In this document: positions 9,497-17,589 of the stretch, piece by piece | Layout of the letters: each line of letters starts with the position of its first letter | Numbering within the stretch: the stretch's first letter is position 1 | From: an uncultured bacterium | GTDB lineage: Bacteria > Actinomycetota > Actinomycetes > S36-B12 > CAIYMF01 | NCBI GenBank assembly: GCA_963978055.1 | Contig: CAXBQZ010000006.1 | Coordinates: 4,204 to 68,203 of the forward strand | Length of the DNA: 64,000 nucleotides | Reading direction: 5' to 3' | Position numbers and translations under genes: made by a program | The notes under the pieces: model-generated | Told to the model about the DNA's origin: nothing | Seen by the model: only the letters and a program-made list of their open reading frames with translations | The model's database searches: none

Positions 9497-11143
9497 GTGA
9501 CTGATATTTCTAAGCTCGATGACGATGAACGTCGGCTCGCCGAACTTGGCTACAAGCAGGAACTGAGTCGTTCCTGGTCAGGTTTCTCGAACTTTGCCAT
9601 CTCGTTCTCGATCATCTCGATTCTGGCCGGCTGTTTCACCACCTTTGGTGTGGGCTGGAACAACGGTGGCCCCGCCGGCATTGCCTGGGGCTGGCCGATC
9701 ATTGCTGCGCTGATCCTGATCATCGGCTTCTGCATGTCAGAACTGGTATCTGCCTTCCCGACCTCCGGTGGTATCTACTGGTGGGCGAGCAAGCTCGGTG
9801 GAGCCAAGGCTGGCTACTACACGGGTTGGCTGAACCTGATCGGCCTTCTGGCCATCGTGGCATCCGTGGCCTACGGTGCAGCCACCTTCCTCGACATCAC
9901 GCTCTCGGACTTCAGTGCCGACTGGGCAGCCGGATATTCCCTCAACCGAGTCTTCATCATGTTCGTCGGCGTCCTACTGGTCGCCGGTGCCATCAATATC
10001 TTCTCGAGCCAGCTGCTCGCCCTCGTGAATAACGTCTCGGTGTGGTGGCACGTCTTCGGCTCGATCATCGTGATCGCCATCCTGATCTTCGGTCCGAAGA
10101 GCCACCTGAGCATCGATCAAGTGTTCGGCACCTGGATCAATAACACCGGCTTCGGAGATCCGAACAACCCCACGAGCGGTATTCCGTTCTTCTTCTTCGT
10201 CATTCCGCTGGGCTTCATTCTCACCCAGTACACCATCACGGGTTATGACGCATCGGCCCACCTCGCGGAGGAGACCCACGGGGCCTCAGATGCCGCTGCC
10301 AAGGGCATCTGGCGCTCCATCCTCTACTCAGCAATCGGTGGTTGGATCCTGCTCCTGTCGTTCCTGTTTGCAGTTCAGGACATCCCGGCAGTCACCAAGG
10401 GTGGCGGCTTCTCATTCGTCATCTTCAACCAGGCTCTCAGCCCCAACCTCGCGGGAACGGTTCTCCTGATCTCCTCTCTCGGACAGCTGTTCTGCACAGT
10501 GGCATGTATGACCAGTGCAACCCGCATGCTCTACGCATTCAGCCGTGATGGTGCCGTACCGGGTGCGTCCCTGTGGGCACGCCTGTCCCCAACCAAGGTG
10601 CCAGTCAACGGTGTGATCCTGACGGTGATCGTCTCCCTCATCATCACTGCTCCGGCGCTGATCCAGGTTGACGTCAACGGAGTGCCCACCCCCGTTGCCT
10701 TCTACGCTGTCGTGACGATCGGTGTTATCGGTCTGTACCTCGCCTTCGCCATCCCGATCTTCCTGCGCTGGAAAGCTGGAGACAACTTCAAGGCCGGCAG
10801 CTGGACACTTGGAAACAAGTACAAGTGGATGGCTCCGGTGGCCCTGATTGAGATCGCCGTGACGTCGTTCATGGCGCTGATGCCCGGCTCACCTCTGGCG
10901 ATCCCGTGGGGCAGCCAGTTCGGTGGCTGGCAGTTCGTCAACTACACCCCGATCGTCGTCGGCATCGCCCTAATCGGGCTCTGGCTGTTCTGGAACCTTT
11001 CTGCCAAGAACTGGTTCACCGGCCCGAAGCACACAATCGATCTGCCCGACAACATCTCATCTGCCGATGAGCTTTACCTCGAGCATCACGAGCATGGTTT
11101 CCTCGACCACAAGGCCGGGGAGCACGAGGCTCCGTCTGAGTAA
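9497..11143 (+). CDS. APC-superfamily amino acid/amine permease (GABA/choline permease-like)
   Basis: ELGYKQELSR, FAISFSIISILAG, GGPAGIAWGW, GYDASAHLAEET, RMLYAFSRDG; about 12 hydrophobic segments. GTG 9497 follows GGAGGAGG RBS. Confidence 0.9.
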   Translation: MTDISKLDDDERRLAELGYKQELSRSWSGFSNFAISFSIISILAGCFTTFGVGWNNGGPAGIAWGWPIIAALILIIGFCMSELVSAFPTSGGIYWWASKLGGAKAGYYTGWLNLIGLLAIVASVAYGAATFLDITLSDFSADWAAGYSLNRVFIMFVGVLLVAGAINIFSSQLLALVNNVSVWWHVFGSIIVIAILIFGPKSHLSIDQVFGTWINNTGFGDPNNPTSGIPFFFFVIPLGFILTQYTITGYDASAHLAEETHGASDAAAKGIWRSILYSAIGGWILLLSFLFAVQDIPAVTKGGGFSFVIFNQALSPNLAGTVLLISSLGQLFCTVACMTSATRMLYAFSRDGAVPGASLWARLSPTKVPVNGVILTVIVSLIITAPALIQVDVNGVPTPVAFYAVVTIGVIGLYLAFAIPIFLRWKAGDNFKAGSWTLGNKYKWMAPVALIEIAVTSFMALMPGSPLAIPWGSQFGGWQFVNYTPIVVGIALIGLWLFWNLSAKNWFTGPKHTIDLPDNISSADELYLEHHEHGFLDHKAGEHEAPSE

Positions 11144-11154
11144 CCTCACGACAT

Positions 11155-11193
11155 AGTGAAGGGGTGGCCATCTGGCCACCCCTTCACTGCTTT
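11155..11193 (+). terminator. Intrinsic terminator after the permease, probably bidirectional
   Basis: Perfect 15-bp stem AGTGAAGGGGTGGCC / loop ATCT / GGCCACCCCTTCACT followed by GCTTT, between convergent genes. Confidence 0.8.
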
Positions 11194-11226
11194 ATCGGGC
11201 TGCTTTGTCACGCGATTGGGTCGCGG

Positions 11227-12153
11227 CTAGAGGTCAGCGGCAATCAGCGATCTCCAGGCATCCGCCACAAGTACCGGGTGCTCGATCTGCGCCACATGAC
11301 CTGCCTCTGGTATGACGAGCACCCGAACATCGGGGAATGCCTTCGTGTGCGCGTGAATCGAATCGACAAGCTTGTCGCGACGCCCGTAGATAAGCAGCGT
11401 TGGCACGTCAATCCCCTCCGCCAGCTTCCATGGACGCGTGGGCGACCGATCCAGATAGGTCGCCAACAACCCCCGCAGTGATTGCAGAAACGCGTCACCG
11501 GCATACGGCAACTGATCGCGACGTCGCACTTCCTCAACTGCTTGATCCATCCGCTCCGGTGGGACGGAATTCGGATCCGCAAAGCAAACGTCGACCGTAG
11601 CCCGCGCTCGCATTGCGGGATCCAGGGCCAGATAACGCCGATAGAGACTCATCCCGACTCCCGGTGTGGCGATCACCGGAAGATGGGCATTCGATCGACG
11701 CACGCCGATCTTCGGGAGTGCCGGACTGACAAGGGTCAGGGTACGAACAAGATCCACATGGCGTGCGGCCAACTGCAGGGCAACCGCACCACCCATGCTG
11801 TTGCCGAAAACATGTGCCGGTCGACCGTCGAATCTCGTCGCAATAAGTTCTGCGATCGTCTCAGCCGAACGGATCGGCGAGTAGTCACCGTCACGTGGTG
11901 GTGGTGACCAGCCATGACCGGGAAGATCAACAGCTACCCCATCACAATCGTCGCGCAGGAGCGCCATAAGGTCGGTCCAGTTCGTAGAACTACCGCCAAG
12001 TCCGTGGATGAAGACTGTCGGTTCCGCACTCTCAGCCATTGGGGCGGCAACCCGGATCGACAGTGTGCCGTTACTGAGTACCACTTCTTCACGAGGCCAC
12101 GGCTGTGGCAGATCGGCCAACAGTTCTTCAGTGGTGCGAGGATTGGTGGACAT
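11227..12153 (-). CDS. Alpha/beta-fold hydrolase
   Basis: FIHGLGG, DLPGHG, GNSMGG nucleophile elbow, GRRDKLV, AGHVAQIE. Confidence 0.9.
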   Translation of the reverse strand: MSTNPRTTEELLADLPQPWPREEVVLSNGTLSIRVAAPMAESAEPTVFIHGLGGSSTNWTDLMALLRDDCDGVAVDLPGHGWSPPPRDGDYSPIRSAETIAELIATRFDGRPAHVFGNSMGGAVALQLAARHVDLVRTLTLVSPALPKIGVRRSNAHLPVIATPGVGMSLYRRYLALDPAMRARATVDVCFADPNSVPPERMDQAVEEVRRRDQLPYAGDAFLQSLRGLLATYLDRSPTRPWKLAEGIDVPTLLIYGRRDKLVDSIHAHTKAFPDVRVLVIPEAGHVAQIEHPVLVADAWRSLIAADL

Positions 12154-12187
12154 ATAACGAGTCTATGCACTTTCGTGCAGGGCGGTA

Positions 12188-13102
12188 TCAGGTGCCCAGT
12201 TGCTCTGACAGTCGCCGGTTCACCGCATCAAGCGTGGCCCTGATGACCGCCTGACGGACGTCATCACGAACCTCCGATGCCCCCGTCAGCCTCTCGGCTG
12301 CCCCACCCGGAAAACGAACCACCTGAACCACCGCAACCCGCTGGTCACTCACGTTGGTGATCACGACTGCTTCAAGATCCAGACGCTCACGGTTATCAAT
12401 CGCGTTGGCGACCGCAGCCAGAGTGGCCTCCGCGACGGATCTGTTGACCCCTGCCGATGTGGACGAACCCTCAGCAGTGCCCACAAACTCGACATCTCCA
12501 TACGACAGACAGACCGATGCACGCATTCCCAATCCGTCAGCTGCAAGGGTCAGATGCGCAATGGCCAGTCTGGCCTGCTGATCAACCTCGGTCACGGGAT
12601 TGTTGGAGGGGACGAACACCCTCCCACCAGAAGGATGACGAGAGGCTGCGGTGACCACCTCCTCATGAAAGTCGTGTGATCCATGACCGAACTGTCCGAG
12701 GAACGAGGCGATATCACCTTCGAGTGGGATTACGGTGTTTCCGAAATCCCGCTCACTGATGACGCCATCCTCCGAATTCTGAACGACGGCTAGGCGCGGA
12801 GTCGGTGGTCTCATGGACGTTGCTGGCGGCGAGATCGGCGTGGAGGTCGTGGAGACCTCCAATGAACCTTCATCGAGTGCCAAGCCGAACTGCATCCGCA
12901 AGATTCGATTGACCGACGATGCAACGAGCAACTCGTCTGCATCGGAGTCCAGAACCAGCCGAACCAGATCACGTGCTGAGGTCGTCGACAGCGTGCCGTC
13001 ATTGGCGTTGACTGACACCTGCGCAACTCCGGGAACAACCGATAGGGCTGCCTCAACATCTGCACATGCGTACCGGCGCGTCGCCCCATCGGATCCACTC
13101 AT
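12188..13102 (-). CDS. Hypothetical protein (small N-terminal domain, Pro/Thr linker, bipartite C-terminal domain)
   Basis: Long ORF with coding-like GC3. Likely start ATG 13102 (MSGSDG) after TACCGT -10 and GGAGG. Confidence 0.7.
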   Translation of the reverse strand: MSGSDGATRRYACADVEAALSVVPGVAQVSVNANDGTLSTTSARDLVRLVLDSDADELLVASSVNRILRMQFGLALDEGSLEVSTTSTPISPPATSMRPPTPRLAVVQNSEDGVISERDFGNTVIPLEGDIASFLGQFGHGSHDFHEEVVTAASRHPSGGRVFVPSNNPVTEVDQQARLAIAHLTLAADGLGMRASVCLSYGDVEFVGTAEGSSTSAGVNRSVAEATLAAVANAIDNRERLDLEAVVITNVSDQRVAVVQVVRFPGGAAERLTGASEVRDDVRQAVIRATLDAVNRRLSEQLGT

Positions 13103-13248
13103 GGCCTCCACGGTAGGAGAGGCTGCTGGATCGTTGCGCGGTGAAACCCGCCGAAGATGGACAAGAAACATCAAATTTGGCGCACACCACCCAGGTGGGT
13201 GAACCTCGCGATCATCGGACCGAACCTACTGGCGAGTAGTATCGCCAT

Positions 13249-13890
13249 ATGTCCCCATCCAAGAGTCAGGTGCGCGCGACTGCTCGCGCCCCCCGCCTAC
13301 CGCGTGATGAGCGACGAGCCCAATTACTGCAGGTGGCACACGACGTGTTCGTGGCCAGTGGGTATCACGCTGCGGCCATGGACGACATCGCTGACGCCGC
13401 AGGGATCAGCAAGCCAGTTCTGTACCAGCACTTCCCCAGCAAACTCGATCTGTACCTGGCCCTTCTTGATCAGGCCGCTGACTCACTGAATGCCGAACTC
13501 GAGGCAGCTGTCGCGTCCACCTCCGACAACAAGCAGCGGGTAGCCGCTGCCACCGCCGCATACTTCGACTTCGTGAATGATCGTCTGGGCGGATTCCGTC
13601 TGGTCTTCGAATCGGACCTCACCAATGAGCCCGCGGTGCGCCTTCGCATAGATAAGGCAACGGATTACTGTGCCGCATTGATCAGCCGGGTGATCGCCGA
13701 AGACACCGGTCTGACTGCTGGTGAGGCCACCCTGCTGGCCGCAGGTATGACCGGACTACTGCAAACAGCCGCGCGATACTGGAGCCGTGGTGAGACCCAC
13801 GTGGACAGAGAGACCGCCACCCGACTCATCAGTGCACTCGGCTGGCGAGGGATCTCAAGTTTCCCGCTGTCTCATCCGCCGGAGGCGTGA
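13249..13890 (+). CDS. TetR/AcrR-family transcriptional regulator (Rv3208-like)
   Basis: RRAQLLQVA..VF...GYHAAAMDDIADAAGISKPVLYQHFPSKLDLY HTH. Confidence 0.92.
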   Translation: MSPSKSQVRATARAPRLPRDERRAQLLQVAHDVFVASGYHAAAMDDIADAAGISKPVLYQHFPSKLDLYLALLDQAADSLNAELEAAVASTSDNKQRVAAATAAYFDFVNDRLGGFRLVFESDLTNEPAVRLRIDKATDYCAALISRVIAEDTGLTAGEATLLAAGMTGLLQTAARYWSRGETHVDRETATRLISALGWRGISSFPLSHPPEA

Positions 13891-14085
13891 ACATCGCGGT
13901 CTGGGAACAACTCCTGGGTTCGGGGAAGTACGCCCATGGCGAATCATGGGTCAATGAGGAAGCGATCCGAGCTGGGAGGCGTTAAGTTTCAAATGTTGGC
14001 ATCACCGGTGTCGATCACACGTTGATCAGGAACCGGGTGGGGCCCGATGAGCCCATCGAAGAAGAGCACAGCGGAGGTTTTCAGC

Positions 14086-14313
14086 GTGGAGGTCAAGATC
14101 GGTGTTCAGCAGGCCGCCCGAGAGGTCGTTCTGGAAAGCACGTTGACACCAGATGAGGTTGTTGCTCAGGTCTCGGCCGCGGTTGCCAACGCAAGCGCAC
14201 TGATTCTGGGTGACGACAAAGGCCGCACCGTCGTCATCCCCGGTGACAAGATTGCCTACGTCGAGATCGGTGCTGCAGAGCGCGGACGGATCGGATTCGG
14301 AACTCCGAGCTGA
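14086..14313 (+). CDS. DUF3107 domain protein
   Basis: VEVKIGVQQAAREVVLES...LGDDKGRTVVIPGDKIAYVEIG...RIGFG; GGAGG RBS before GTG 14086. Confidence 0.88.
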   Translation: MEVKIGVQQAAREVVLESTLTPDEVVAQVSAAVANASALILGDDKGRTVVIPGDKIAYVEIGAAERGRIGFGTPS

Positions 14314-14319
14314 GCTAGC

Positions 14320-15033
14320 TCAGGCCTGCAGACCCAGAATCTGCATGCGCTGCGTGTGAGCTGCCGTAAGTCGGGTGAACATGGCGCCTATGTCGCCGAG
14401 ATCCATACCCGGACGTTCGGCGTCGCCGACGAGCAGTAGCGAGAGACCATCTCGCTCCGCAGCGACTCGCTGAGCCTGTGAGATCGCCTCACCAACGAAC
14501 CTACGTCCCCAGAGCGCCAGCCGACCGCCAAGTCGTGGATCACGATCAATAGCGGCGACGATGGTCGCGACGGCGAAGTTCGCATGACCCGTGTCACTGC
14601 AAACATCAAGGACGAGATCCCGGGTAGGCCCATCCAACTGATGTGCGATCTCACGATAGAAATCTGATGCGATTCCGTCACCGACGTACGCCTTCACCAG
14701 ACTCTCGTACCAGTCACTCGGAGCCGTCGCCGCGTGGAACTCCTCAATGGGCTCCACGAACGGGGTCATTGCATCGACGGGGTCAACCCCGAGTTCGGCC
14801 AACCGCTCAGCCAGCAAGGTGAAGTGCCGAATCTCCGCACTTGCCATGAGCGCCAGCGCAGACTTATCGGCAAGGGTTGGCGCTGAGGCGGCATCTGCCG
14901 CAAGGCGCTCAAAGGCAACCAGCTCGTTATACGCAAGAACACCAAGCAGGTCGATCACACCCGCCCGATATGCAGGATCTGACATCACGTCAGGTTCTAA
15001 AGCATCCGATGGGTTATTCGGCATCTGCGTCAC
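14320..15033 (-). CDS. Ferritin-like fold protein (MiaE-like)
   Basis: DLLGVLAYNELVAFERLA, E..HF, WYESLVKAYVGDGIASDFYR, LALWGRR..GEA, HTQRM. Start uncertain (GTG 15033, ATG 15024 or 15057). Confidence 0.82.
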   Translation of the reverse strand: MTQMPNNPSDALEPDVMSDPAYRAGVIDLLGVLAYNELVAFERLAADAASAPTLADKSALALMASAEIRHFTLLAERLAELGVDPVDAMTPFVEPIEEFHAATAPSDWYESLVKAYVGDGIASDFYREIAHQLDGPTRDLVLDVCSDTGHANFAVATIVAAIDRDPRLGGRLALWGRRFVGEAISQAQRVAAERDGLSLLLVGDAERPGMDLGDIGAMFTRLTAAHTQRMQILGLQA

Positions 15034-15147
15034 GAAGGGTGAATCTACCCGCCCCATCGCCCGCTCGCGGCATGAGGCGAGGAATTCATCGCAATCCCCA
15101 AAACCTGATTGGCACTTGTCATGGCAAAGCTGGCCGCGCTGAGCGGG

Positions 15148-15177
15148 TAGACTGATCCCACAACCGATGCTACGGAG
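15148..15177 (+). promoter_or_regulatory. Putative -10 box (TAGACT) and RBS (GGAG) of the DEAD helicase gene
   Basis: TAGACT at 15148-15153; GGAG at 15174-15177, 6 nt before CTG 15184. Confidence 0.5.
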
Positions 15178-15183
15178 CAGATT

Positions 15184-16737
15184 CTGAGCACCATCTCACA
15201 GGACGGAGCAGCCGAGGTCGACGTCACGTCCACCGACACTGCCCCGGCAAAGCCCAAGACTTTCGCCGAACTCGGCGTCAACCCTGCCATCGTCAAGGCT
15301 CTTGCCGAAGACGGCATTATCACCGCCTTCCCTATTCAGGAGCAGACCCTTCCACTCGCACTCGGTGGCTCTGATCTCATCGGCCAGGCGAAGACCGGTA
15401 CCGGGAAGACTCTCGGCTTCGGTATCCCCGCCCTATCACGGCTGGTGGCACCCGGAGATGACGAATGGTCACAACTGCCCGAGGCAAAGAAGGGCAAGCC
15501 ACAGGCGCTGATCATCGTGCCAACCCGCGAGTTGGCGCTGCAGGTCGCAACTGATCTGGAGAAGGCCGGACGCTACCGCGGGGTGCGTGTCCTGTGCGTC
15601 TATGGTGGTCGAGCCTATGAGCCCCAGGTCGAATCCCTCCAGCGTGGTGTCGAGGTAGTCGTCGGGACCCCCGGTCGACTGATAGATCTCGCCAAGCAGG
15701 GTCACCTGAATCTCAAGCATGTGGCAACCCTCGTCCTCGACGAGGCTGACGAGATGCTCGATATGGGCTTCCTGCCTGATGTGGAGCGCCTGGTATCGCT
15801 CGTACCGGCAGTGCGTCAGACAATGCTCTTCTCCGCCACGATGCCAGGTCAGATCGTCGCGCTGGCCCGTCGCTACATGAGTCAGCCAACCCATATCCGC
15901 GCGTCCGACCCCAATGACTCAGGATCAACGGTTGATGCGATCGAGCAGCATGTATGGCGAGCCCACAGCCTCGACAAGCAGGAACTCATCGCGCGTGTAC
16001 TCCAGGCCGAGGGACGTGGGCTCACCATCATTTTCTGTCGCACGAAGCGAAATGCACAGAAGGTCGCAGATGATCTCAACGAGCGGGGATTCGCAGCGGC
16101 TGCTGTGCACGGTGACCTCGGTCAAGGTGCGCGTGAGCAGGCACTGCGAGCTTTCCGCAACGGCAAGGTTGATGTTCTGGTCGCAACAGATGTCGCCGCC
16201 CGGGGAATCGATGTCGCCGACGTCACCCATGTCATCAACTGGGAATGTCCGGAGGACGATAAGACCTACCTGCACCGGATCGGACGTACCGGTCGGGCTG
16301 GCAGCAGCGGTGTGGCAGTCACCCTGGTGGACTGGGATGACCTTCATCGCTGGAAGATGATCAACCAGACTCTGGGTCTGCCATTCGCCGAGCCAATCGA
16401 GACGTACTCCTCCAGCCCCCATGTGTACACGGGCCTGGGAATCCCCGAGGGAACAAAGGGAAGGCTCCCAAGTTCAGCCAAGACTCGCGCGGGGCTTGAG
16501 GCCGAGGAGCTCGAAGACCTTGGTGAGACGGGCGCTGCCAAGGGTCGACGATCCAAAGGCTCCGGCAGTAGTGGATCTCGTAGTGGATCTAGTGGTGGGT
16601 CCTCGAGCGGTGGCAAGACGCGGGCCACATCTGCCTCCGCTGGCGAGTCCAAGCAACCAGAGACTGCCGCCAAGGCGCCCCGCTCGGGCAAGCCAAGACA
16701 GCGACGTCGCACCCGGAAGAGCTCCAGCACCGAGTAG
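15184..16737 (+). CDS. DEAD/DEAH-box RNA helicase (RhlE/DeaD-like), probable non-canonical start
   Basis: Q motif (TFAELG...AFPIQEQTLP) and Walker A (AKTGTGKT) lie in frame upstream of the ORF-track start 15445, followed by PTRELA, TPGR, DEAD, SAT, HRIGRTGR. No ATG/GTG/TTG lies in frame between TAG 15148 and the Q motif. Confidence 0.88.
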   Translation: MSTISQDGAAEVDVTSTDTAPAKPKTFAELGVNPAIVKALAEDGIITAFPIQEQTLPLALGGSDLIGQAKTGTGKTLGFGIPALSRLVAPGDDEWSQLPEAKKGKPQALIIVPTRELALQVATDLEKAGRYRGVRVLCVYGGRAYEPQVESLQRGVEVVVGTPGRLIDLAKQGHLNLKHVATLVLDEADEMLDMGFLPDVERLVSLVPAVRQTMLFSATMPGQIVALARRYMSQPTHIRASDPNDSGSTVDAIEQHVWRAHSLDKQELIARVLQAEGRGLTIIFCRTKRNAQKVADDLNERGFAAAAVHGDLGQGAREQALRAFRNGKVDVLVATDVAARGIDVADVTHVINWECPEDDKTYLHRIGRTGRAGSSGVAVTLVDWDDLHRWKMINQTLGLPFAEPIETYSSSPHVYTGLGIPEGTKGRLPSSAKTRAGLEAEELEDLGETGAAKGRRSKGSGSSGSRSGSSGGSSSGGKTRATSASAGESKQPETAAKAPRSGKPRQRRRTRKSSSTE

Positions 16738-16754
16738 TTCACTAGGCTGACGCC

Positions 16755-17567
16755 ATGACCGAGCCGACGCACTCCTACTTGTTCGTACCAGCGTCGACTC
16801 CAGACCGAATTCCCAAGGCGATGGCCACGGATGCACACCGGGTCATCATCGATCTCGAGGATGGGGTTGGGTTCGAGGCCAAGGAGCATGCCCGACAGGG
16901 CTTGGCCGAGGTTGTGCTCAACCAACCTGCTGTACTCAGAATCAATGCGATCGGCACTCCGTACTTCGATGACGACATCGCGGTTGCAGCACAGTTGCCT
17001 TGGGTTGAGGCGGTGATGCTCCCGAAGGTGGAGTCACCCCTTCACGTCGAGCGGATCCGCTCAGCACTGCCCGCACACATCAAGATCTTGGCGCTCGTTG
17101 AATCAGCTCTGGGTATCGTGCGCCTGGACGATATCGCCGCGGCTCGCCCAGATCGGCTCATCTTTGGAAGTGCTGACTACCTTGCCGATATCGGGGCTTC
17201 CTTCAGCAGCGAGGTGCTCAATTACCCGCGGACGAGGCTGGTGATCGCAAGTCGAGCCTTCTCACTGCCCAGTCCAGTTGATGGGCCGGCCATCGTCATG
17301 AAGGATCTCGACGCCATCCGAGCCGACTCACAGGATGCTCGCGGGCTAGGTATGGGTGCCAAGCTGTGCATCCATCCAGCCCAGGTTCCGGTGGTCAATG
17401 AAGTATTCGGCATCAGTGACGAACAGCGCCGCTGGGCTGAGGCTGTGCTGGCTGAAGCGAAGAACCACAGCGGTGCGTTCTCCTTTGAAGGTGACATGAT
17501 CGACGAACCCATCCTCAAACGTGCACGCCTGATGCTGGCGAACGCCGGCGTGCGCAGGCCGAACTGA
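16755..17567 (+). CDS. CitE/HpcH-HpaI family CoA ester lyase (citramalyl-CoA lyase-like)
   Basis: SYLFVP, IDLEDGV, LRIN, MLPKVES, VESALG, FGSADY, PVDGP, KLCIHPAQV. Confidence 0.85.
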   Translation: MTEPTHSYLFVPASTPDRIPKAMATDAHRVIIDLEDGVGFEAKEHARQGLAEVVLNQPAVLRINAIGTPYFDDDIAVAAQLPWVEAVMLPKVESPLHVERIRSALPAHIKILALVESALGIVRLDDIAAARPDRLIFGSADYLADIGASFSSEVLNYPRTRLVIASRAFSLPSPVDGPAIVMKDLDAIRADSQDARGLGMGAKLCIHPAQVPVVNEVFGISDEQRRWAEAVLAEAKNHSGAFSFEGDMIDEPILKRARLMLANAGVRRPN

Positions 17568-17589
17568 CCACTCTGCAATACAGTTCAGC

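Noticed and set aside
14310-14323. Perfect 14-bp palindrome CTGAGCTAGCTCAG
   Set aside because: It is largely formed by the two convergent stop codons, and has no loop or U-tract; it could be chance.
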